From sequence record OR258281.1: a DNA stretch of 64,000 nucleotides. One strand, written 5' to 3'. The notes under the pieces are model-generated. The model was not told the DNA's origin. It ran no database searches and saw only the letters and a list, made by a program, of their open reading frames with translations. The position numbers were made by a program, and so were the translations under genes. Shown piece by piece: positions 53,752 to 61,062 of the stretch; the first letter of the stretch is position 1; each line of letters begins with the position of its first letter.

Positions 53752-53887
53752 AGACCTACAAGAGTGTATGGATAAAATTCAAGAAATTCTTGAAGAGTAT
53801 AATTGTGAAATTGATAGTTCATATGATTACAGTCATGCATTCCTCCGTGACAAAGATACTGATGAAACGATTAGTTTTGGGAGGTAG
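53735..53887 (+). CDS. small hypothetical protein (50 aa, missed by ORF track), paralog of previous
   Basis: MRKHTEDLQECMDKIQEILEEYNC...LRDKDTDETISFG. Confidence 0.7.
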   Translation: MRKHTEDLQECMDKIQEILEEYNCEIDSSYDYSHAFLRDKDTDETISFGR

Positions 53888-53889
53888 TA

Positions 53890-54261
53890 ATGTACAATCT
53901 TAAAGTAATCAAGCAAGTACTGGAAATGATTCAGAATCCTTTGACCCGTAGAGAATATCACGGTATATGGTTTAATCTGAAATTCTACTACGAAGACTTT
54001 GCCGATGTGTCTCGTGAACAAAGTAACAAAGATGTTTCACACTTCATGAAAGATTGCCTTACTTCATTGTATGGTGAATACATTCCATATCCACTAGAAG
54101 CTAATTCTAATAACCCTAGAAGGGAGCATTATCGGATTGAAAAGAAATGGAGTAAGGATTGTAAAACAGGCAAAGAACGTGTTGAACTACTCAAGAAGAT
54201 GATTCAGTACTGCAATTCTGTTCTCGAAATGAGAATCCAAACTCAGAAAACTATTTCTTAA
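53890..54261 (+). CDS. hypothetical protein
   Basis: 123 aa with SD ggagg. Confidence 0.7.
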   Translation: MYNLKVIKQVLEMIQNPLTRREYHGIWFNLKFYYEDFADVSREQSNKDVSHFMKDCLTSLYGEYIPYPLEANSNNPRREHYRIEKKWSKDCKTGKERVELLKKMIQYCNSVLEMRIQTQKTIS

Positions 54262-54324
54262 TCATCGTTGATTTCACAAGCCCATTTGCGGTATAATGGG
54301 CTTTTAAGGAATCTGGAGAAACAA

Positions 54325-54498
54325 ATGAATCAGGAAACTAAGCTTTTTCAATTCAAAATTCGTCGTGTATATGCTGATAAAGTCAGGGATAGTAACTATC
54401 AGATCCCGGCTACAAGCCGCGATGAGGCACTCATCAAATTAGGTCAGACATTCAGTAATTCAAAAGATGAATATGAATTGACATTAATTGATGGTTAG
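54325..54498 (+). CDS. hypothetical protein
   Basis: SD ggag before ATG 54325. Confidence 0.65.
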   Translation: MNQETKLFQFKIRRVYADKVRDSNYQIPATSRDEALIKLGQTFSNSKDEYELTLIDG

Positions 54499-54563
54499 CA
54501 TTACGAATTTTGTTTGTATTACTGAAAGAACACCTTCATATTGAATACATACTAGGGGCAATT

Positions 54564-54890
54564 GTGGATATAATTGATTTTCTACAAAATGCAACGGAAG
54601 TAAAAAATTTACCAAACCGGTATAATTTTTATTATAACGAAATAAGATATAAAATTGACTGCACTAAACTATCAATTACTATACTAAGGGAAATTACATT
54701 AAGTGATATTATGGGAGCGATAAATGGAAAAGCTCCAGAAAATCATATACATACGTTTTTTGTACCTGAATCAGAAGACCATGCATTTAATTTATCACTA
54801 ATGTGTATAGATCATATTCCATATGAGCATTTAGGTACATATAAAAGCTTTATTTCTAAAATTGACGTAAGGTGTTTAAGTGAACATTAA
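54564..54890 (+). CDS. hypothetical protein, DxxFN family
   Basis: GTG start; EDHAFNLSL; paralog of next ORF. Confidence 0.6.
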   Translation: MDIIDFLQNATEVKNLPNRYNFYYNEIRYKIDCTKLSITILREITLSDIMGAINGKAPENHIHTFFVPESEDHAFNLSLMCIDHIPYEHLGTYKSFISKIDVRCLSEH

Positions 54891-55185
54891 AGAATTTTTA
54901 GAAACAGCAGTACTTTCAAGTCTATTGACCTATCAATACAAAGGAAGGGCATATACAGTTAAGTGTACTGATACCTACATTCGTATTGCATTAAAACTAC
55001 GACCTTTGATCTTAACATCAACTACAGGTTCAACAATCGATTCAAAAAGAGATATTTTCATTTTTGTAATACCTGAAGCAGTTGATGACGCTTTTAATTT
55101 GAGTACTACGAATGAACACGTACTTCCCTTTGAACTTCTTGATTTGTACTTAAAATTCAAAAAGAATCATGAAACAAAGAACTAA
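54880..55185 (+). CDS. hypothetical protein, DxxFN family
   Basis: GTG start; VDDAFNLST. Confidence 0.65.
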   Translation: MNIKEFLETAVLSSLLTYQYKGRAYTVKCTDTYIRIALKLRPLILTSTTGSTIDSKRDIFIFVIPEAVDDAFNLSTTNEHVLPFELLDLYLKFKKNHETKN

Positions 55186-55198
55186 TGTGTTCTATACT
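55170..55198 (+). promoter_or_regulatory. phage promoter TGAAAC-N17-TATACT driving a non-coding region
   Basis: exact motif; no plausible CDS for about 700 nt downstream. Confidence 0.7.
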
Positions 55199-55201
55199 AC
55201 T

Positions 55202-55229
55202 AGGGAGACTTGAAAAAGCCTCCCTTTTT
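55202..55229 (+). terminator. rho-independent terminator overlapping the predicted TSS
   Basis: agggag-acttgaaaaagc-ctccct + T run. Confidence 0.65.
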
Positions 55230-55900
55230 TACAATCCTGATTGGTGCACCCGTTTAGTAGTGGTGAGTACTTAAGAGTTAGTACTTGCTTGGTGTAATGA
55301 TATATTCCTGATCCTATCGAAAACGTAGATGGCAGATGAGTTGTCCAAACAGAACGATGAGCAAATGAGACCCGTGAAGATTTTACAGTGCACGGCAATG
55401 CGGCTCAATAAAAGTACCGGATAATACCCCGTAGGTACTCTTGATAGACATATATGGCTAAGACCCATACCAAATGGTATAAGGGAATCTAAGTACTATA
55501 CCAGATTCTGCTTCTGATTTCTATAATATAAATCCGTCCAGAATTCCTGAGTACTTCAGATAGATATTAGTATTGATCGTATTGTACTAATATTGAGTGT
55601 AGTGATGAGCTACGACCGTTGCATATGAACAGTGATAGGAAGAAACCGGGCAACCCGCTTCCGTGTATACAATACAATTCACAATACGATTGAATGATGA
55701 CTACCAGCGTCAAAATTAGTTTATTCATCCCTCTTGTGGGGGATGGAAATGAATTCAGTCAAACCGCGTCAAGTAGTAATTGCTGTTAAAGCTATCTATA
55801 ATTGTAGTAGTTTTAAAATTAATTATAACTGATTTGATATGAGAAATGAATGAACGTAGTGAATTCATTACGAATGAAAATCTTGACTTACGAAGTAAGG
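55230..55900 (+). ncRNA. candidate large structured ncRNA
   Basis: About 700 nt without credible plus-strand ORF in a gene-dense genome; many hairpins; own promoter; near tRNAs. Confidence 0.45.
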
Positions 55901-55907
55901 CAAACAA

Positions 55908-56285
55908 ATGTCTGATACCAATAATAGTCCATATGATGATGATTTTAAGTCATTTCTAAAAGGACTAGATTCTTCATGTATTAGTGGCAAAATCATGATT
56001 GAACCTGGTGTATCTATTACTGCGATGATTTATTTCAGTAATGGTAATACTATTTTTGTTTCTCAAATGATTACCAGAGTAGTAAGTTACAGGAATGCAA
56101 GTAGAGATCTTATTCTGTACACAGAAGAAGGCTTGGACGAGGATGATTTTTTTAATAAAAACATGCAAAGAGAAATCTCATGTATCATCAAGTCCAGTAG
56201 TATCAAAATGATACGTGATAAGATGAAACAGTACTTACAGTCTGAAATAAAAAACCTACAAGACTTAATAGACCTACTATCATGA
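55908..56285 (+). CDS. hypothetical protein, DxxFN family
   Basis: LDEDDFFN. Confidence 0.7.
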   Translation: MSDTNNSPYDDDFKSFLKGLDSSCISGKIMIEPGVSITAMIYFSNGNTIFVSQMITRVVSYRNASRDLILYTEEGLDEDDFFNKNMQREISCIIKSSSIKMIRDKMKQYLQSEIKNLQDLIDLLS

Positions 56286-56665
56286 AAACTACGCAATGTA
56301 TATTAGATAAACTATCTAGTGACGATTTTTCGCTTGAATTGAAAACTAAACCTAAACCTGGAGAAACTGGAGTATATATCTGGTTTTTGATACACTATAA
56401 ACAATATAGTTACCAATCATTTCTTAATTTAGGGAATTCTTTTTGGTTCAAAACGTTAAATGAAGGAACTTTACTTGCTAAAAATGATAATAGTCCATTT
56501 CTTGAGACGGATGAGTACTTTAATCTCAATATCCTAAATCCAATTCCAGACTTCTTACTTAAAGATAATTACTGTAAGATTTATTATCAAATAAAAGATA
56601 GATTAAAAAGCATATATAGGCATAGTTATAGATACGAAATTTTCATGAGAATTAACGGTGAATAG
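56282..56665 (+). CDS. hypothetical protein, DxxFN family
   Basis: ETDEYFNLNILNPIPDFLLKDN. Confidence 0.7.
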   Translation: MKTTQCILDKLSSDDFSLELKTKPKPGETGVYIWFLIHYKQYSYQSFLNLGNSFWFKTLNEGTLLAKNDNSPFLETDEYFNLNILNPIPDFLLKDNYCKIYYQIKDRLKSIYRHSYRYEIFMRINGE

Positions 56666-57005
56666 TACTGATATAGTGATACAAAAAATAATAGATGGAG
56701 ATTATACTATTACCAGAACTTATTCTGGATGTGAAGTAATATATGTTAAATATAATTCAAAAAATAGAGTTGAACTATGGCTAGAACATTCTCTTTCTAT
56801 TACCACATTTAGTTCAAGCTATGCACAGTATCTTAGAACTAAAAAACTACCAGTTGATGGATTAAGTGCTGATGAGTACTTTAATATGTCGTTAGAGTTG
56901 GATGTACCGGATATTGTATTAAAAGATAATATTAAAAAAATTATCAATTCATTTAAAAATAATATTAACCAATCTGCATATAGCATAGAGATAAAATTAT
57001 GTTAA
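56658..57005 (+). CDS. hypothetical protein, DxxFN family
   Basis: SADEYFNMSLELDVPDIVLKDN. Confidence 0.7.
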   Translation: MNSTDIVIQKIIDGDYTITRTYSGCEVIYVKYNSKNRVELWLEHSLSITTFSSSYAQYLRTKKLPVDGLSADEYFNMSLELDVPDIVLKDNIKKIINSFKNNINQSAYSIEIKLC

Positions 57006-57463
57006 GTACAGAAAACCTTTTAGATGTACTTCAAAAAAAGACTTACAACAAAATGATTTGTACTAATTTTATTAGTACTATCAAAAAGTATTTTCGTAAC
57101 AGAAAAGACTTTAAAAGAAAGAAATTCAGTATTTCTTATTCCTATAAAGTTGATAATGAAGATATACGCATTTTCATTTCAGAAACAGGCGTTAAGTATT
57201 CTGTCTTCAATACCAACATTTCTAAATATCAGTCATTCAGTGGCTGTGTACCAAAATACTCATCTCAAGATTTTATGAATCCTGATGAGTATTTTAACAA
57301 AACAATTACTGAAGAATTTCCAGATATTGTTCTGAAGAAAAACCACGATAAAATTGTGGAGTTTTTCAAAACAAGTAAAATACGACATTTCTCCTGCATT
57401 GAAGATGTAGTAGATGAGTCATTCGATATGTTCAACAAATATTTGTACCCTAACTATCTCTAG
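56999..57463 (+). CDS. hypothetical protein, DxxFN family
   Basis: NPDEYFNKTITEEFPDIVLKKN. Confidence 0.7.
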   Translation: MLSTENLLDVLQKKTYNKMICTNFISTIKKYFRNRKDFKRKKFSISYSYKVDNEDIRIFISETGVKYSVFNTNISKYQSFSGCVPKYSSQDFMNPDEYFNKTITEEFPDIVLKKNHDKIVEFFKTSKIRHFSCIEDVVDESFDMFNKYLYPNYL

Positions 57464-57471
57464 GAGATTAT

Positions 57472-57717
57472 ATGAAAGTTAAACTACTAAAATTTAAAGA
57501 TGCAGTACAACGTGTATGGCGTGAAGAAAAGGCTGAGTTCAGTGTGCAGTACTTTGTACATCACCTTGTACGTGGTGTATTCGCTATGATCCTTATCTCG
57601 CTGCTGTTCTGGCTGGTTAATGCAGTACTTGGAACTGGTTTTGTTGCTATCTTAGTACAGATCCCAATCCTTGCAGTGATCATGATTATTGTTGACCGTA
57701 TCAAGTTCGAACTATGA
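57472..57717 (+). CDS. small membrane protein (2 TM)
   Basis: SD ggag; hydrophobic C-terminal half. Confidence 0.7.
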   Translation: MKVKLLKFKDAVQRVWREEKAEFSVQYFVHHLVRGVFAMILISLLFWLVNAVLGTGFVAILVQIPILAVIMIIVDRIKFEL

Positions 57718-57926
57718 GTAAATTTGTAAAGTACAAAGATTGCTGTGTAGTTAATATGGATCAAGTATCATATTTCAATATTTTTACGAGATGTATTAGA
57801 TTTTTCCATACTGACAGTGAAGATAATTTTACTGAATGGCGTGTATATTCAAAAGAAGAAGCAGAATACGTATATGAACTGCTACTGAATTTGACTAACA
57901 CTGTAGTACTTAAAGATTTTAAATAA
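57714..57926 (+). CDS. hypothetical protein
   Basis: 70 aa, coupled start. Confidence 0.65.
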   Translation: MSKFVKYKDCCVVNMDQVSYFNIFTRCIRFFHTDSEDNFTEWRVYSKEEAEYVYELLLNLTNTVVLKDFK

Positions 57927-57943
57927 AAAGCAGTAAATTTTTT

Positions 57944-57972
57944 TGAAACGATTTTGAAAGATGTACTATACT
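57944..57972 (+). promoter_or_regulatory. phage promoter TGAAAC-N17-TATACT for tRNA cluster 1
   Basis: exact motif 11 nt before tRNA-Ser. Confidence 0.8.
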
Positions 57973-57982
57973 ATTAGTACTT

Positions 57983-58070
57983 GGAGAGTTGGGTGAGCGG
58001 CTTAAACCAACAGTCTACTAAATTGTCGCAGAGAAATCTGCCGTGGGTTCGAATCCCACACTCTCCGCCA
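57983..58070 (+). tRNA. tRNA-Ser, anticodon ACT (58017-58019), long variable arm, encoded CCA
   Basis: GGAGAGT/ACTCTCC acceptor, G discriminator, ACAGT-CTACTAA-ATTGT anticodon arm, GCAGA/TCTGC variable arm, GTGGG-TTCGAAT-CCCAC T arm. Confidence 0.9.
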
Positions 58071-58139
58071 CATTTACTTGTCGTCTAATTTTATAATATA
58101 GTAGTAACAACAAAAAGCAGTTACGAGATATTATATAGG

Positions 58140-58193
58140 ATACTACGTTCGAAATGCGTGGGGATGTAGGTGAGATTCCTACCGAGTATGCCA
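58140..58193 (+). ncRNA. truncated tRNA-like element (T arm + acceptor + CCA, no D arm)
   Basis: ATACT/AGTAT acceptor, GTAGG-TGAGATT-CCTAC, ends GCCA. Confidence 0.45.
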
Positions 58194-58199
58194 AATTAA

Positions 58200-58269
58200 A
58201 GCCCATATAGGTAATGTGTTCGGCCTCTAAAACCAAAACACAAGAGTTCAAGTCTCTTATGGGTTACCA
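58200..58269 (+). tRNA. compact/degenerate tRNA-like element with CUA (amber) anticodon loop
   Basis: AGCCCAT/ATGGGTT acceptor + A-CCA; AAGAG-TTCAAGT-CTCTT T arm; loop CT-CTA-AA at 58225-58231; imperfect anticodon stem, short D region. Confidence 0.5.
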
Positions 58270-58289
58270 ATTCTAATGGAGAATAAATT

Positions 58290-58646
58290 ATGAAATAGAC
58301 CAAACCATCTTTAAAAATGTTTCGCTGGGGTAACGATAAGTACTCACATTTAGGTTATAGAATTTTCACACTTGCTTATTGTAAGAGATTCGACTTATAT
58401 CTCTTTAAGTACAATGAAGGTTCGTTTATTCCTAAGCATAAAGATCCCTCTTTTGGGATGCGACACTACCGACTTAATTTAGTACTAAAGAAGCCGGATA
58501 AAGGTGGAGAGTTTATTTGTAATAATAAAATCTTCTCTATATTCAATGATAGAATCATGCTCTTTAGAGCAGATACTGAGTACCATAAGATTACAAAAGT
58601 TGAAAAGGGTACTAGATGGCTACTGAGCCTCGGTATCAGACTATGA
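58290..58646 (+). CDS. 2OG-Fe(II) oxygenase with in-frame TAG at codon 3 (or restart at ATG 58317)
   Basis: KYNEGSFIPKHKD (HxD), GGEF, YHKIT..V..GTRW; SD GGAG 58278-58281, ATG 58290, TAG 58296-58298 in frame with 58317. Confidence 0.75.
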
Positions 58647-58653
58647 GGTACTT

Positions 58654-58878
58654 ATGGCAAAGACTTATAAACCTGAAGTTCACTCCGAATATGAAACGTA
58701 TTGGGGTGAAGAAAGTGTTTACCATTCAGCACGAATGGTCTACGATAAGCACGGAAAATATGTGACTTTAGACTCACATTTGAGTACTGTTAATACTCTA
58801 ATCAGAGTACAGAATAAAAACAGAAAATTCAAAGAAGAAATTGAACGTCTTAAAGAAGAAATTAAGAAACTAAAATGA
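58654..58878 (+). CDS. hypothetical protein
   Basis: 74 aa with SD gagg. Confidence 0.7.
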   Translation: MAKTYKPEVHSEYETYWGEESVYHSARMVYDKHGKYVTLDSHLSTVNTLIRVQNKNRKFKEEIERLKEEIKKLK

Positions 58879-59339
58879 AAAACTCAGTGACTGAATATTT
58901 GAAGTTAATAATGCGTTATCTTAAAGTTGATACGTTTGAAGATATTACTGATTATAATTACCGTCATCAAACTGAATTTAAATTTGAATCAAAAAGAAAG
59001 TTTTTACTACAGAAATATATTTCTTCTAGATATAAAAAAGATGAACCAATTGTACCACTGATTTATAGTTTGTATTATAATGGTTTCTTTATTACCTATA
59101 GAACGGTCACAAAGAACTTAGAATTCAGAATGCATCAATTTCAAAAAGGTTCTATCACAGTAGATATACCACTTGATATCGATTCTAAAGATGAATTCTT
59201 CAATTTTGCACTTGAAAATAACATTGGTTATTTAAAGCTTGAAGACTTAGATATACTCCGTGAAATTGTAGAAATTATTAAAATAACTACTAAAAGTGGT
59301 GGATATTCGGATAAACTTTATGCAAATCAAAACAATTGA
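58875..59339 (+). CDS. hypothetical protein, DxxFN family
   Basis: IDSKDEFFNFALEN; LKLIMRYLK N-terminus. Confidence 0.7.
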   Translation: MKNSVTEYLKLIMRYLKVDTFEDITDYNYRHQTEFKFESKRKFLLQKYISSRYKKDEPIVPLIYSLYYNGFFITYRTVTKNLEFRMHQFQKGSITVDIPLDIDSKDEFFNFALENNIGYLKLEDLDILREIVEIIKITTKSGGYSDKLYANQNN

Positions 59340-59763
59340 AACGCATCTCAGGTTAATGAAGTACTATCTGAAAAATGATAATATGTGTAAACATTCAGAT
59401 GATTCTGACATTACTGATTATCCCACACTTGAGTTTAAATCTGAGAGGATAAGTCTTAGCACTCAAGTATGTAATAGAATTGATAATACATACAGTACTT
59501 TAATTGAAGTACGTTATGGTACTGTAATGATAATGTTCGGTACTGAGTACTATAACACGGGTTATATGTATGTACATAATAAACCTTTTTCGAAGGAAAA
59601 CAGTTTATTAACTGTACCACGTGGTATTGAAACTATTGATGACTTCTTCAATTACATATTAGTACACGATACGCCTTATTTTGAATATGATATAATTCCA
59701 GTACTGAATGAAATTGTTGTTTTGGTAACTGAATTTTTGAAATTGAAGTGTAAGTATTTTTAG
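59320..59763 (+). CDS. hypothetical protein, DxxFN family
   Basis: IETIDDFFNYIL; LRLMKYYLK N-terminus. Confidence 0.7.
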   Translation: MQIKTIETHLRLMKYYLKNDNMCKHSDDSDITDYPTLEFKSERISLSTQVCNRIDNTYSTLIEVRYGTVMIMFGTEYYNTGYMYVHNKPFSKENSLLTVPRGIETIDDFFNYILVHDTPYFEYDIIPVLNEIVVLVTEFLKLKCKYF

Positions 59764-59769
59764 GTACTT

Positions 59770-60192
59770 ATGAAAAAATCTATTGGGTCTTGTCTCAAAT
59801 TAATGTTACATTTTTTGCAAAAAGATGAACTTATTACAGACAATGATAAAAAACATAGTATAAGTTCATACATAGCAGAATTAAAGTCTGAAAGGCTTGA
59901 TGTATTAATATCAGGCCACACCGGTACTATAAGTACAAGTACATTATTGTATGTGCATTACAATGATACAAAAATATATATCAAGAACAGTAAAGTTTAT
60001 ATTGCTACGAAAAAGTTTGGTGACGAAGCCAGAAGTTTTTCTGCACCAATCGAAATTGCGGATAAAGGTGAATTTTTTAATTATGTATTAGAAAATGATG
60101 TTGATTGTCTAAAATTTGAAGACCTTGATACTGTTAGATCTATCCTTGATGTTTTAAGTGAAAAACGTTCAAATTTGTTTAAAAAAACGTGA
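59770..60192 (+). CDS. hypothetical protein, DxxFN family
   Basis: IADKGEFFNYVLEN; LKLMLHFLQ N-terminus. Confidence 0.7.
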   Translation: MKKSIGSCLKLMLHFLQKDELITDNDKKHSISSYIAELKSERLDVLISGHTGTISTSTLLYVHYNDTKIYIKNSKVYIATKKFGDEARSFSAPIEIADKGEFFNYVLENDVDCLKFEDLDTVRSILDVLSEKRSNLFKKT

Positions 60193-60218
60193 AACGTTTT
60201 CGAAATATGTTCTATACT
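60190..60218 (+). promoter_or_regulatory. phage promoter TGAAAC-N17-TATACT for tRNA cluster 2
   Basis: exact motif and spacing. Confidence 0.8.
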
Positions 60219-60254
60219 ATAGATACAAAGATTGATTAGCAATTAAAACTTTTT

Positions 60255-60473
60255 AAGTACTCAACCTGCTCTCATTTATAGTTGAGTACTTCTTTTAAAG
60301 TTAACTTTAAGATGAATACTCATTTATCACCTTACTCTCGTTGATAATAAAAGTAAGCAGGATAACCCCTCAGTTAAAGCTGTCCTGCTACTTTCATCTT
60401 AAAGTTAATTTGATAACTAAAGAAAAGAAAGTACGTGAGTAACCAAAGTAGGTTAACTACGCTCTTGTACTTT
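60255..60473 (+). ncRNA. candidate structured RNA / tRNA-operon leader
   Basis: 11-bp stem 60255-60265/60281-60291; 16-bp stem 60301-60316/60393-60408 enclosing two hairpins; third stem 60428-60473. Confidence 0.5.
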
Positions 60474-60480
60474 TGTATTT

Positions 60481-60556
60481 GCTTCCTTAGCACAGCAGGT
60501 AGTGCAACGCACTTGTAATGCGTAGGTCGGCGGTTCGATTCCGTCAGGGAGCACCA
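60481..60556 (+). tRNA. tRNA-Thr(TGT)
   Basis: Cloverleaf, ACGCA-CTTGTAA-TGCGT, encoded CCA, 76 nt. Confidence 0.95.
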
Positions 60557-60563
60557 AGATAAA

Positions 60564-60639
60564 TGCTCGTTAGCTCAGTAGGTAGAGCAGTTGACTGTTA
60601 ATCAATTGGTCACAGGTTCAAGTCCTGTACGAGCAGCCA
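60564..60639 (+). tRNA. tRNA-Asn(GTT)
   Basis: TGCTCGT/ACGAGCA acceptor, CTGTTAA loop, encoded CCA, 76 nt. Confidence 0.95.
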
Positions 60640-60644
60640 TATAT

Positions 60645-60735
60645 TATAACTAGACTCTGGTTGAATGTAAGTAGGGTTGAGTAGGCGTACTCAATGTGGA
60701 TTCCGATACTGGAGTAACGCATATTTCTAGTTATA
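60645..60735 (+). ncRNA. candidate 91-nt structured RNA between tRNAs
   Basis: TATAACTAG/CTAGTTATA closing stem, ACTCTGGT/ACTGGAGT, inner TTGAGTA-GGCG-TACTCAA. Confidence 0.4.
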
Positions 60736-60736
60736 T

Positions 60737-60813
60737 GGGGTTGTAGCTCAGTTGGTTAGAGCACTTGATTGAAAATCAGGGTGTCAGTGGTTCAAATCCA
60801 CTCTTCCCCACCA
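60737..60813 (+). tRNA. tRNA-Phe(GAA) with two U-U mismatches in acceptor stem
   Basis: GGGGTTG/CTTCCCC, CTTGA-TTGAAAA-TCAGG, AGTGG-TTCAAAT-CCACT, A-CCA. Confidence 0.85.
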
Positions 60814-60831
60814 CATTAAAAGTACTGAAAT

Positions 60832-61062
60832 ATGAATAATTCAGAGATACGTCAATATCGAATTACTATGGTTATGTACTTTACCCAACAAGAACGGTTC
60901 TATGATTTATATATCAATGATCGTCTGAAGTTATGTACTGAAGCAATGTTTTTTATAGAATTGCTTTATTCTAACGAAATTGATAATACTGATTTCAAAC
61001 TATACAATGATGGAATCAATATTTGTAATAACATTTATCAAAATCTGAAATCAAGTCTATGA
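60832..61062 (+). CDS. hypothetical protein
   Basis: 76 aa ORF. Confidence 0.5.
   Translation: MNNSEIRQYRITMVMYFTQQERFYDLYINDRLKLCTEAMFFIELLYSNEIDNTDFKLYNDGINICNNIYQNLKSSL

Noticed and set aside
54491-54563. Programmed frameshift into the 54510 ORF
   Set aside because: A GTG at 54564 with an upstream purine-rich SD aligns with the paralog's N-terminus (MDIIDFL vs MNIKEFL), so no frameshift is needed.
55192-55468. Minus-strand ORFs 55192-55398 and 55271-55468
   Set aside because: Short, no SD or motifs, antisense to a promoter-driven region.
55199-55907. tmRNA, RNase P RNA or group I/II intron
   Set aside because: No tRNA-like tmRNA ends, no GAGGAAAGTCC RNase P motif, no intron P7 or domain V consensus recognised, and the region does not interrupt a gene.
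58220-58236. Reading the 58200 element as tRNA-Arg(TCT)
   Set aside because: That register puts C at position 33 and breaks the anticodon stem; the CT-CTA-AA register fits U33/A37 better.
58018-58251. Minus-strand 77-aa ORF
   Set aside because: Antisense to tRNA-Ser and the tRNA-like elements; spurious.
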